From a virus, in the IMG/VR virus record IMGVR_UViG_3300035683_000001, positions 1 to 64,000 of that record: a DNA stretch of 64,000 bases. The stretch is one strand, 5' to 3'. Numbering within the stretch: the stretch's first letter is position 1; each line of letters starts with the position of its first letter. The notes beneath the pieces were generated by a model. It was not told the DNA's origin. It did not search any database and was given only the letters and a program-made list of their open reading frames with translations. This document shows positions 45,201 through 53,535 of the stretch, in pieces. The position numbers and the translations under genes are program-made.

Positions 45201-45910
45201 TAGACTCACAAGCGGCTTATAAAGAGCAAAGCACATCAAGAACTAACGGCTATTTCATGCCTGGTTATGTATGGAATATGTGGTCATCTGGGGAGTACAC
45301 TAGTAATGGAGAAATAAATGTATTCTCGAACACAGTTATTGACCCGAACAACAGTTGGAGTCCATACTCCTTCAGGGCTTTACGTGCTACAGCAAGAGCT
45401 TGGAGAAGGATGGTTGATCAAGAATTTCCTGGTAATATTCCACCTAATTTAGACGAGTTAATTGCCAAGGCGAAGAAAGTCACAATGGACTTCTTGAACG
45501 CCTTAAGTGCTGACTATGTTAAGCGGCGGAATGTCTCAGCAATTACTGACTTTCCAGCTAACGCCGATCCGCAGGTAAGGTACACCGAACCCCACGCCTC
45601 AGCACTGATAGCAGACGCAGCGCTACACGCAAACATAGCCCTCAATGCAAGTGGAACAAAGAGCGGATTATCTACAACGCTGCGAGTTCTTAAGGCAACT
45701 TACAACCACATGCAGAATGAATGGGTGAGCGAGGGAGCGATGTCAGGTAGCTTCACAAAAAGCCAGCCCACCTTCATTGGAGATGATGGGCTGGAATACC
45801 GCTGGAACTTCGGTTTTTGGGTTTTTGAGGAATTGTTCTTCCTAGCTGATTTAAAGCTGCTACAGCACAGAATCGGATACCCTCAATGTGTTTACTTTAT
45901 TAGACCATGA
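42293..45910 (+). CDS. large tail fibre or depolymerase-like protein with two N-terminal gpM-like domains
   Basis: Residues ~1-125 and ~145-260 each resemble the 40850 gene and lambda gpM (e.g. QRMRGGIEER...DSWQFTATIHE...FLKDRCGNFFEF...KWSIKQIGRDYWELSVEFK). About 940 aa of unassigned W/Y/F-rich globular sequence follow. Confidence 0.5.
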   Translation: MSILIFPAILGATQSFEVASSNGTLGDGLDQLSLPIARIVEDSWQLTSVPLKTTDKDALVTTLRDNVAKGALWRLRESSFNTHADFNVYQWEFERDKQGLYEWENWTTTPIGGEWWQVELTLNRTGHQEIDECLLRPTDLAETYPLFPLNLYMSGAKNSFESKFAQQRMRGGIEERRRLGFGSTRDSWQFTATIHEYKKNEVCDFLKDRCGNFFEFRLVPGRAGKIYTCEKWSIKQIGRDYWELSVEFKRSFLPFRPTDIKRITDLFDFYGTQEEIIEVMDATFADVDEKIAGLFEWVTRLTRDIYPFMLNLLFLLPNAFHTVLGRGGYFPPSAGVTEGQAIFVRAAMLAYFATGFEGWLNLAIAGGNALLEYFYPLKIPGDWTPATGIRVPHWLINIKSPFVAKGLPAPDPLNMGHFNVVVDFVNGEGYIPTGAPFYGELLANVFRVHPVSDSLLWKNIYARPLGGYSYPIDYWVTNQMMQGTIKRQFADTESNNGREPIPTNEPTGKIKLSTPYAGQAKVVYLTYTGGVIGVGVPFEAYPGWRGLRKDESMGALDVFTWLHQSYLWLFQVTQDTRWLTALQCNLYTFEQARNVINPTSWYEKSDSPEPFAYPGSQAILANFDPNQIATSTRVTSGEKKDWLQIDVPLSPLPFPSAELQNFAVKAKMNPESAVFVEAACSVATELEVVLSLSPNAFDFSQYYIARLPVPAGGVPVARTFTTREFLLWDTTQTSWYPHNADNPVYEYEGLGGRAAASRDTQEIDGIPRSVWKLNLNKDDGFAGAGFVLIHAKPRFPLQIYLKHTGDDVRLAVTVDNEKFFYKVEATDGWTRLRLDSDLFKKGDEKPDGSFISGIEFEANGESRTWVWWVGSPPRELPAPCQTFKATLVSRVPIAHTLYVGNFSAVNSPSDVLPYTPGVCPYTCNVVSDGKGGQAISAWQGTIPMVGYQDPEFEVERGDWVAVDNILQFFLDSQAAYKEQSTSRTNGYFMPGYVWNMWSSGEYTSNGEINVFSNTVIDPNNSWSPYSFRALRATARAWRRMVDQEFPGNIPPNLDELIAKAKKVTMDFLNALSADYVKRRNVSAITDFPANADPQVRYTEPHASALIADAALHANIALNASGTKSGLSTTLRVLKATYNHMQNEWVSEGAMSGSFTKSQPTFIGDDGLEYRWNFGFWVFEELFFLADLKLLQHRIGYPQCVYFIRP

Positions 45911-46587
45911 TCAATCGCTTCTACAATAAGCCTTAACGCTTCAGTCTCTTCTACCCCTTGCCCTGTCAAGTCATAAAACATTGGAACTTCAAAGCCAAAC
46001 CGCTTTGCCCACTGGCGGATTGTCTTGGACTCACCTTTGTAAAATATTGGTCGCCTGTCCCTTCGGTTTTGAGACTGTTCACTACCCGTACTCCATTTAA
46101 CATTGCCTGGGCAATAACCTATGTTTGGATCAATTCGATCCACGGAATGACTTGATGACGGACGGTTGCCAATGTGAGCATAAAACGCCTCAAAATCATC
46201 AATCCACTCATCTGCAACCGTAACACCTCTCCCTCCGTAGTATTCATAAAAAGCATGACTTGGAGAATAACACCGCTTCTTGATATTCACCCAAGCCTGA
46301 TACTCTGGAGTTCCACACATTCCATGCTTAGTACTTCGCTCAATTGTTCGCTCCCTCGCGATACAACCACAGCTTCGTGTAGGAGTGCCACACGTCCGAC
46401 GAAGACTCCCCATTCTAACTACCGTCTCATTTCCGCAGTCACATAAGCACCTGAAAGTCCGCCTTGATCTGCGGCTTTTACCCTCTCCGTAATATATGAC
46501 AGGTTCTTCATTCAAAACGACTAAACGACCGAATCGATCACCTGGATAGATGAAAACTTTGTTAGCTGACTGATTCTTTTCTGCCAT
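45892..46587 (-). CDS. HNH_3-like / homing-endonuclease-like DNA-binding protein
   Basis: RFGRLVV...CLCDCGN...SCGC...KHG...YQAWVNIKKRC...YGGRGVTV..EW..FEAFYAHIGNRP...SVDRIDPNIGYCPGNVKW. A paralogue starts at 63521. Confidence 0.45.
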   Translation of the reverse strand: MAEKNQSANKVFIYPGDRFGRLVVLNEEPVIYYGEGKSRRSRRTFRCLCDCGNETVVRMGSLRRTCGTPTRSCGCIARERTIERSTKHGMCGTPEYQAWVNIKKRCYSPSHAFYEYYGGRGVTVADEWIDDFEAFYAHIGNRPSSSHSVDRIDPNIGYCPGNVKWSTGSEQSQNRRDRRPIFYKGESKTIRQWAKRFGFEVPMFYDLTGQGVEETEALRLIVEAIDHGLIK

Positions 46588-46679
46588 AATATCCTTGTCT
46601 ACTTTCCTTTGGTGGACACTGCGATCGCCCTTGCCTCACAAACTCGGAGCGATCGCTTGTTTTGTTGGTAGATGCGTTC

Positions 46680-47090
46680 CTAAAACCGATCTAAATCCGC
46701 CTCAGCCCTCGCAACCCATCCTTCAATTTCCTGTTCTGTCATCGGACTCCATTCACCCTGCTTTTCTGCCAGCTTCGTTAGTGACTTACATAAAACCAAC
46801 TTCGCTGACTCAAGTGTCCCAACATGGCAGAAATCATAAGCCCGTCGCTTACCTGTAGGCGAGGCAGGGATATGTAGCTTCCACCCTTCCTGTACAGGTA
46901 TCGACTCAATCACCTCTTCAATCTTCAGAATCCGCGAGAATGCAACCCCCTTCTCTTTACCTGTCTCTGGGTCAAGCAAAATCGCTAGCGGCTCACCGTC
47001 AAACTCACACCATTCTGTACCCTGATACACCCGTTTGAACGTGCCAGTCTTAGCGGTAATGCTGTATGTTTGCCCTTCAATTAGTTTCAC
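46680..47090 (-). CDS. hypothetical protein
   Basis: 136-aa ORF. Confidence 0.5.
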   Translation of the reverse strand: MKLIEGQTYSITAKTGTFKRVYQGTEWCEFDGEPLAILLDPETGKEKGVAFSRILKIEEVIESIPVQEGWKLHIPASPTGKRRAYDFCHVGTLESAKLVLCKSLTKLAEKQGEWSPMTEQEIEGWVARAEADLDRF

Positions 47091-47160
47091 AACTTGGTTC
47101 CTCTTGCGTCTTTTCTCGATTATCTGCCATAATCAGGTGAACGTCAACTGCTTAACAAAA

Positions 47161-47412
47161 ATGACACTTAGAGAACTCAGAGAAAAACAAGGATTGACCC
47201 AACAGCAGCTAGCCCAAAAGCTATGTGTAAGCGATTCGGCTGTCAGGAATTGGGAGACTGGGAGAACACTACCAGGAGGAGCAACGACCAAGCCAGCATT
47301 CAGGCTCTTTGACCGAATGCTGCAAGTGTACAAATGCTCATGGAAAGAGCTATGCACGGCAATGGAAGAATGCGAAATAATGATGAGTGCAAAAGGTGAT
47401 CGCAATGTATAA
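47161..47412 (+). CDS. XRE-family HTH regulator
   Basis: MTLRELREKQGLTQQQLAQKLCVSDSAVRNWETG is a classic Cro/CI HTH. It uses an internal ATG of ORF 47035-47412. Confidence 0.75.
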   Translation: MTLRELREKQGLTQQQLAQKLCVSDSAVRNWETGRTLPGGATTKPAFRLFDRMLQVYKCSWKELCTAMEECEIMMSAKGDRNV

Positions 47413-47464
47413 GTTATGAGTACCTACCAAACCTCCTCAAGCTTAGACACTCGCTCCACAAAAG

Positions 47465-47860
47465 ATGAAAACCATGAAAATCCCTCGCATTGAAATGGAA
47501 CTAACGGGACAACCGTTGCCACTAGAACTAACAACTTTAGGTATACGTGGAATACTTTTTACTGACGGCATTCAAGTATCGGCAGACACGACTGAAAAAA
47601 CCCTGGAACGCACCAAAGCGATCGCCTTGTACCTTTACACATGGAATTCTCCTTTGCGAACAGTGACATGGAATCATCCAGACAGCAAAGAGAGAGTAAC
47701 TACAACCATTGGTGAATGGGCAAGAACCTGGCTCAATCCAGAACCTTCACAAGAAATACTTGAGACTGCCAACCAAATGCAGATGACCCAAGAGGATAGA
47801 GTTAATTGGATAGTAGATCCATTCAATCTGATTCGGTTCACCTCGACTCCTCAAACTTAG
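47465..47860 (+). CDS. hypothetical protein
   Basis: 131-aa ORF downstream of the XRE gene. Confidence 0.45.
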   Translation: MKTMKIPRIEMELTGQPLPLELTTLGIRGILFTDGIQVSADTTEKTLERTKAIALYLYTWNSPLRTVTWNHPDSKERVTTTIGEWARTWLNPEPSQEILETANQMQMTQEDRVNWIVDPFNLIRFTSTPQT

Positions 47861-48179
47861 CCGATATCTCCCATTTGTGACCGCGACCATCCGCACCAAT
47901 GGGAGATACATCGAAGCTAGAACACCAAAAACTCCGGTAAGCGATCGCACCTGGTATTGGTGACCACTGAAACGGTACGGCACCCGCTAGTTCCTCGAAC
48001 TGTTCCACCACTTCGGTCATCTCATCTTCAGTGTGCAACAGTCCAGTAATCGAGTAAGACTTACGATCGCTTCCTTTCACTCGTCCCGCCATCAGATACC
48101 CGTCGCCTAACCGGACGGGTGTTTCCGTATTTTGATTATCTTCAGAGAATCCCAGCTTGGGATGCAGTGTTAGTATCAT
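47838..48179 (-). CDS. gpM-like minor tail protein (paralogue 4)
   Basis: PVRLGDGYLMAG...KSYSITGLL...VVEQFEELAGAVPFQWSP...FWCSSFDVSP...WEISAKFEE aligns well with lambda gpM. ATG 48179 overlaps the upstream stop (ATGA). Confidence 0.6.
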   Translation of the reverse strand: MILTLHPKLGFSEDNQNTETPVRLGDGYLMAGRVKGSDRKSYSITGLLHTEDEMTEVVEQFEELAGAVPFQWSPIPGAIAYRSFWCSSFDVSPIGADGRGHKWEISAKFEESR

Positions 48180-48874
48180 GTCCGTGCTGGCAGCTCCCAC
48201 CACACAACCTCGACTGCAACGCTGCTGTTACCGGACACACCAGGGTTTGGCACGTACCGCCAGTGAATCTCTTCACCTGGTCGCAAGATTAGCGAACCAT
48301 CCACATTATCAGCACTAGTATTACTTGCGCCCACGTAGGTAATCATGCCCATATTGCCACCCGTTGGGGTGAAAGCACCTTGTCCGTAAATCTTCCCTTT
48401 AGCCGCATTCGTGGGATGTCCACCTCTGTTGTTAGACGTGGCTGCCGTTCCTAATCCAGTCAGCGTAGCTCCTCTGTAGCGTTCGTAACGACCGGGTTGA
48501 TCGGATGACAAGACAAAGCGCTGAACGTATAGATCAACGCCAGAATTCGCAGGGTTAACAAACGCCGTTACATTACCACCACTCGTGTTTACAGTCTGAA
48601 CTCCAGCCGTGCCATTGAACGATACGTTGCCACCGTCCACACCTGCATAGTACTGAGCAGCAGTTGGGCGATGTAGTACGTTACTTTCTGCAATCTTTCT
48701 CAGCTTGGCGTGGATTGAGCCGACAGTGCTAGCCGCATCAGCAGCAGTGCCGATTGCGGTTCGTAGCACATCCTCGCGAAACCATGCGATGAACGCATTC
48801 GCGTCTGATCCATCTCCGTCAGACTTCCGGTAAGCCGTCTGTCCTCCCGGTGCGATATAGGGTTGATTTGGCAA
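48176..48874 (-). CDS. tail-fibre/receptor-binding-like protein
   Basis: 232 aa. TAIGTAADAASTVGSIHAKLRKIAES shares the repeat motif of the 41256-42242 protein. G/N/T/S-rich and beta-type. Confidence 0.45.
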   Translation of the reverse strand: MPNQPYIAPGGQTAYRKSDGDGSDANAFIAWFREDVLRTAIGTAADAASTVGSIHAKLRKIAESNVLHRPTAAQYYAGVDGGNVSFNGTAGVQTVNTSGGNVTAFVNPANSGVDLYVQRFVLSSDQPGRYERYRGATLTGLGTAATSNNRGGHPTNAAKGKIYGQGAFTPTGGNMGMITYVGASNTSADNVDGSLILRPGEEIHWRYVPNPGVSGNSSVAVEVVWWELPART

Positions 48875-48929
48875 AGTAAAAGCCCTCCAGTGTTTTGACT
48901 GAAGGGTTCCTGATCGGCGCTTAGTCTAG

Positions 48930-49058
48930 TTACTTCTCTTTCTTCGTCTCCAGCTTCCGCACAACCTCCGCCATCTGTTCCGGGTTCAGCGCAGGCTTGT
49001 CGACGAGTTCGCGGGCAATGTTCAGGAGGGCGATCACTTGGGTGAGTTTGGGTGACAT
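48930..49058 (-). CDS. possible 42-aa peptide
   Basis: MSPKLTQVIALLNIARELVDKPALNPEQMAEVVRKLETKKEK. Locally GC-rich. Below the ORF-track cutoff. Confidence 0.2.
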   Translation of the reverse strand: MSPKLTQVIALLNIARELVDKPALNPEQMAEVVRKLETKKEK

Positions 49059-49102
49059 GGCAGTGGGGGGAGTTCGGGCGAGGCTTCCCCACTGCTGTTG
49101 CG

Positions 49103-52100
49103 TTACGCTGCCTGACTCAATTCAGGTTGCATCACCCGGACATCACCAATCCCTGAGAACACCTCAATGAATTTGTCCACGTCCTCACCCAAGTAGAGGA
49201 AGTCATTGCTGTGACGAGGGGAGGATTGACGTTCTCCATTTTCATCAATAAAGGCAATACGCTTATGCACTTCACAGATTGCGCTAACCTGCTTAATGCC
49301 TGCTTTGTACCATGCTGCCCTCGTGTTGTTTAAGAGCAGAATCGCAGATTTTATCCTGCCACTGTTGTAGTTGTGAATAGCCTTAATAAGCCACTTTTCA
49401 ACATCACGCCCATAGGGAGGATTGCACCAGACATTACCTGCCCAGTCTTCACTGAATCCGTCATCATCCTTAGTGAAATACTTCGTGGCTTTAATCCAGG
49501 ACTGAGCTAGATCATTGCTAGCCGGATCGAGGTCGATAGTGCCTAGCACCTGTCGTGCCATCTCGATGTATTCAGGTGGCGTGTACCATTCAACGGTAGG
49601 GCTACTGTCTTTCTGCTTGGGCTTGATACCTTCAGCGGTAAGTTGACCCTCTAACTCAAGCACACGACTTTCCAGTTCTTGTACTCTGGCGTTATACCCC
49701 AAAGCCTCAACAATGCGCTGCGACTCTTCCGCACTGAACAGGTGAGCATTATCAACAACAGCGGCTGCCAGGACATTGAGATTCTGCTGCTTGCCGAGTT
49801 TGCGGATGATTCTCGACTGAGCCTCTTGTAGTTGCTCAGCCGAGAGCTGGTCGATATTGGACAAGAACCCGATCAAGTAATCCTGGGTAGCTGGTGGCTG
49901 CTGTGTGGGGAGTTCGTCGGCTTTGTCAACAAAACCTATGTCTTGCAATGGCTGAACTGTGCGGGGAGTTTCGTTTGCTGGCTTAGCAGCTTTTGGTTTC
50001 ACCTGCATAGTCGCTTCTGTGTCGTGCCGTGTTGTGTAGCGACGCACTTCTGTCTCGCTTGAATTCTCACCGCTAGATCTAGCGGTTAACTCTTCACGTA
50101 TCTGATTTACCAAGAAGTCCGACACTTTACAGCGTCTTGCTATCTCTTTACTGCTCCATTCCTTCCATTCTGGGTCGTTGAGTAGCATCAGAACCGCACG
50201 GCGCTTATCTGCCCTCGTCCTTGGCTTGGCGGCTTTGTGGGTAGCATTCGCACCGCAGGAGTACAGTACAGCATCGCGACGGGTTCCCTGGTGGATAATG
50301 ACCAAAATATCCTCATGCCCTGCATCTTCCTTAGACTGGCAACGATGGAATCCGTCTCCTAGCCAGTAATCAGTGCCGTCGTAGAAGACGATCGCAGGGT
50401 CAAATTCATTACCATCCTCTAAGGCTTCAACCAAGGTAGCAACGTGGCTTAAGTCCAGTTTCTCACGAGTTTGGGTACCGCCGTCGCGACGGATTTGGGC
50501 GATCGCAAGAGAGGTGGTTTCGTTGAATACTGGCGGTTCTTGGAAATTTCCTGAAATTTCAGAAATTGGGGTAAAAATTTCTTGGGCGGTTGCAGAAATT
50601 TCTGGCACCTCTTCAACAGCCGCAACTGCGACCGATGGCTTTTCTAGGCTAAGCAGTACTGCCGAAACATTTGTCCCAGATGAGGCAAAGGCACCAGCCT
50701 CTAAGTCATCCCAGTCGCCATAATCCAGGATTAAACCACGGAACTCTTGCACCCGCTTTTGGTTATTGAATGCCAATCCACTTGGAGCGATCGCTATTAA
50801 CTGCCCTCCGTCCTCTAATAGGGAGAAAGCTTTCTCAATGTGCGTGATGTAAGCCAAACTATCACCCTTGACACTAAAAGGCGGATTCATCACAATAGCG
50901 CGATACTTCCGACCTAAATCAAGTTGCAAGAAATCGCCTTCGATGGTGTTGAACCCTAGCGCTCTTAACTTATTGGCTCGACTTAGATCAATCTCTACGC
51001 AGTCAACTTGAGCATCAGGATAGATATCACGAACAGCTAAGGCTAGGGCACCTTCACCCGCTTCAGGCTCAAGCACTCCATCGGCTACATTCTTTGGCTT
51101 AAGCATCTCTGCGATCTGATGCGCTAAATCGCTTGGAGTACCAAAGAAAGCTAGCGGGTTCTTATCGGGTAAGTCACCCGTATAAAGAACAGCTTCCAGC
51201 AAGTCAGTCGGGTCATTTTCAAACACATGAGCTGATACTTTACCGCCTTTCCACTTGCCGCCAATTCTTTCTAAAACATCATTGACCTTAACGTAAAGCT
51301 TTCGATCAAGTTGAGGTGAATTGAGTTTAATTGTGTTGCCTTCTACTGTGGCGTTCTCTAAAACTGCTATTACTTCAGGTGAGATACTACCTTTGCGCTG
51401 TGGCTTCGCCTCTACTTCCTTCACCTTGTCGTTTGCGAGAATTGGGCTTTGAGCGAGCTTTAGGTCGTGAGGGGCAACGGAAGAAATCCCTGAATCAAAC
51501 TCGACATCTGCCATAATCACGTCGCGATCATCAACGAAAAATCCGATTACTTTTCCTATCCCCTTGATGGGTTCTTCAACCGTAGAATTAACAGGCAAGA
51601 GATCACAGGTATTCAGCGACAGGAGTTTCGCTTTAATTTTGGCGACTTCTTTCTCATGCCGCCTATCTGCCGACTTCCACTCGCGAGAGTCTGCCTTGAT
51701 CTTCTGCCTCTTGAATCCAGCTATCAGAGCATTATGAGACTTTCTTGATTCTGCTAGATTCTCTGTGTATTCAGCGATAGAGTTTGTTACGTCTAGATAA
51801 GTTTGATCTGAAGCGATGATCAGCATTGTGTATTCTCCTTGTGTGTTATTTGACTGGGCGGCTGTGGAAACAGCCGCTTTTTCTTGAACTTGGAACTGAT
51901 AGAACCAACCATCTTCATCGACTGATTGCCCTTGCATCGATAACTCTTTCCCCTGAGAGGCAGCAAGGTTTTGCGCCCGTTTGATGCAACCCTGAAAGCG
52001 TTTCCACTCTGCCTTGAGATGCTTATCCAGTAGCTTGTATTCACTGGATTTTTTGGGTAAGGCATCCTTGGCGATCGCAGCACTATCGATCTGCTGTTGA

Positions 52101-52333
52101 ATCTCTGTCAACTCTCGTTGCAGATATGTCAGCTCTTTATCGAGTGGTAGAAGCTCTAATTCATCTAGTGAGACTGTCTTGGTATCAGCCCCAAACAACA
52201 CTTGAGCGGTGCGTCTAGCTGGGTGGGTGGGGGTTTCTCTGGTGACGGCTATCGATTGGATTAAGCCGATCTGTTCTTTGTCGTCGTGGTAGACGTATCG
52301 ACCAACATCATGCTGCGTTGGCTGCAAGCTCAA
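49103..52333 (-). CDS. multidomain DNA methyltransferase: N6A-MTase (NPPF) + ParB-like N-terminal domain + phage Dam-like N6A-MTase (NPPY)
   Basis: VLEPEAGEGALA and IVMNPPF at about 50641-51379. ParB/Srx-like IRRDGGTQTR...WLGDGFHR at about 50086-50524. EWYTPPEYI...DLDPASN...VWCNPPYG at about 49141-49594. The ORF is open up to 53176, but that part overlaps the Dcm gene. The start given here is the first TTG within 30 nt of the Dcm stop and is uncertain. Confidence 0.7.
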   Translation of the reverse strand: MSLQPTQHDVGRYVYHDDKEQIGLIQSIAVTRETPTHPARRTAQVLFGADTKTVSLDELELLPLDKELTYLQRELTEIQQQIDSAAIAKDALPKKSSEYKLLDKHLKAEWKRFQGCIKRAQNLAASQGKELSMQGQSVDEDGWFYQFQVQEKAAVSTAAQSNNTQGEYTMLIIASDQTYLDVTNSIAEYTENLAESRKSHNALIAGFKRQKIKADSREWKSADRRHEKEVAKIKAKLLSLNTCDLLPVNSTVEEPIKGIGKVIGFFVDDRDVIMADVEFDSGISSVAPHDLKLAQSPILANDKVKEVEAKPQRKGSISPEVIAVLENATVEGNTIKLNSPQLDRKLYVKVNDVLERIGGKWKGGKVSAHVFENDPTDLLEAVLYTGDLPDKNPLAFFGTPSDLAHQIAEMLKPKNVADGVLEPEAGEGALALAVRDIYPDAQVDCVEIDLSRANKLRALGFNTIEGDFLQLDLGRKYRAIVMNPPFSVKGDSLAYITHIEKAFSLLEDGGQLIAIAPSGLAFNNQKRVQEFRGLILDYGDWDDLEAGAFASSGTNVSAVLLSLEKPSVAVAAVEEVPEISATAQEIFTPISEISGNFQEPPVFNETTSLAIAQIRRDGGTQTREKLDLSHVATLVEALEDGNEFDPAIVFYDGTDYWLGDGFHRCQSKEDAGHEDILVIIHQGTRRDAVLYSCGANATHKAAKPRTRADKRRAVLMLLNDPEWKEWSSKEIARRCKVSDFLVNQIREELTARSSGENSSETEVRRYTTRHDTEATMQVKPKAAKPANETPRTVQPLQDIGFVDKADELPTQQPPATQDYLIGFLSNIDQLSAEQLQEAQSRIIRKLGKQQNLNVLAAAVVDNAHLFSAEESQRIVEALGYNARVQELESRVLELEGQLTAEGIKPKQKDSSPTVEWYTPPEYIEMARQVLGTIDLDPASNDLAQSWIKATKYFTKDDDGFSEDWAGNVWCNPPYGRDVEKWLIKAIHNYNSGRIKSAILLLNNTRAAWYKAGIKQVSAICEVHKRIAFIDENGERQSSPRHSNDFLYLGEDVDKFIEVFSGIGDVRVMQPELSQAA
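50062..50089. repeat. 28-mer AATTCTCACCGCTAGATCTAGCGGTTAA (family copy 4, in frame inside the MTase/ParB gene)
   Basis: Encodes LTARSSGENS in the linker after the ParB-like domain. Confidence 0.95.
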
Positions 52334-53171
52334 GTCGTCGGGTGAGGTAGTCGATGTATCGCCAGCAGACGGCTGACTGTTGGGGGGTGCAACTGTCTCC
52401 AAGGGCTGCGATGCGATCGCCTCTACTGGGGAGACTACGACCGGGAATCGCAATAGCTCCCTCAAACGGATTGATAGCCCACCACCCGCCTTGTGAATAA
52501 CTGTTGAGCTTTTGGGTAGCCCAAGCATCCACTCTCGAATCTCTGGATGACTGACCATGCCTGGAAGAAAACTTAGTTCTCGCCTCAATCGCCTCTCCAA
52601 CCTGTCCTGACCAGGGCGACGGTACGACTCCGAATCGCTCGAACAGGTGAGAGGAGTAGGCAATACAGAATACGCGATCCCTTTCGTGGGGCGCCCCGAC
52701 ATCACTAGCTCGTATGGATTGCCACTGACAACGATACCCGCTACTTTCAAGCGACCAGAGAACCATTCCAAGGGGAGATAATTCATGTCCTGGTTTTGGA
52801 TGTCGGCATCCTGCGGGGTTTTCCCAGAGGATGATTGCAGGTTGGCACTCTTGGATAATTCTGAGATGCTCCCACCACAGCCCAGAGCGATCGCCTGCAA
52901 GTCCTTTGCCTTTGGCGTTAGCACCGGAGTTGTCCTGACAAGGACTCCCCCCAGCGACCACGAAGAATTGACCGGGCTTTCCTTGGAAGGTTCGCACGTC
53001 TCCCCAGAGCTTTGTGCCTGGGTGTTGCTCGTAGAGGAGACGTTGACGATATTGGTTTTGCTCAACGAAATACTTGACTTGGAATCGGCTACTGACTCCA
53101 GCGTGTTGGATTCCGCCGTGACAGAGTTGGGCGATTCCACTGAAAAGGGATAGAACTGGGTATCTCTGCAT
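52308..53171 (-). CDS. dcm: DNA (cytosine-5)-methyltransferase
   Basis: Motif I LSLFSGIA, motif IV GGSPCQDNS, motif VI ILWENP, motif VIII QSIRASDVGAPHERDRVF, motif X ALGDSCTPQQ. ATG 53171 follows the upstream stop. Confidence 0.85.
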   Translation of the reverse strand: MQRYPVLSLFSGIAQLCHGGIQHAGVSSRFQVKYFVEQNQYRQRLLYEQHPGTKLWGDVRTFQGKPGQFFVVAGGSPCQDNSGANAKGKGLAGDRSGLWWEHLRIIQECQPAIILWENPAGCRHPKPGHELSPLGMVLWSLESSGYRCQWQSIRASDVGAPHERDRVFCIAYSSHLFERFGVVPSPWSGQVGEAIEARTKFSSRHGQSSRDSRVDAWATQKLNSYSQGGWWAINPFEGAIAIPGRSLPSRGDRIAALGDSCTPQQSAVCWRYIDYLTRRLELAANAA

Positions 53172-53175
53172 TGCA

Positions 53176-53535
53176 CTACGCAACCTCCTCTTGCTCTTGA
53201 TTAATTCGGATTTGTTGCCTACAAAATTGCTCACAAACAAAATCAACCTCGTCGTTGCAATAGGGGCGACCTTCGTAAATCTCACCCTCTTTCAATTGCC
53301 ATCCCACTCGCCTAATCATTTCGACTAGCACACTTGCTTCGTCCTGCGTCCACTGAACAGGGATGCGATACTTTGCAACCACTTCATTCCCCACCTTGCG
53401 AACAGAGGCTATCCAGACGCGATTGGGAGCAAGTGACATACCTTGAGGGATAGGCTCAATCACCAATTCGTAGGTGGGTACTTGCTTTGGTTCAAGCAGT
53501 GCAAGTAATGGGGGTGTAACGACTTTCTTAGTCAT
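53176..53535 (-). CDS. hypothetical protein
   Basis: 119-aa ORF. 8-nt overlap with dnaB. Confidence 0.5.
   Translation of the reverse strand: MTKKVVTPPLLALLEPKQVPTYELVIEPIPQGMSLAPNRVWIASVRKVGNEVVAKYRIPVQWTQDEASVLVEMIRRVGWQLKEGEIYEGRPYCNDEVDFVCEQFCRQQIRINQEQEEVA

Noticed and set aside
9474-45910. F-type (lambda-tail-like) tailocin rather than a phage, given the missing head genes.
   Set aside because: The same contiguous element carries an integrase, a repressor switch, an initiator with iterons, DnaB, methyltransferases and sigma factors. These are unnecessary for a tailocin. The window is more likely a part of a large phage genome.
41207-48900. A Mu G-segment or P1 C-segment style invertible tail-fibre switch, suggested by fibre genes on both strands.
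   Set aside because: No serine invertase is present, and I found no matching inverted repeats at plausible segment borders (41207-41255 against 42243-42292, or 47.8-48.9 kb). The only recombinase is the distant tyrosine integrase.
48700-49092. 130-aa - strand ORF overlapping the start of the fibre-like gene.
   Set aside because: Most of it is an alternative frame of the 48176-48874 gene. Only a separate 42-aa ORF (48930-49058, different frame) upstream of that gene is kept, as a low-confidence peptide.
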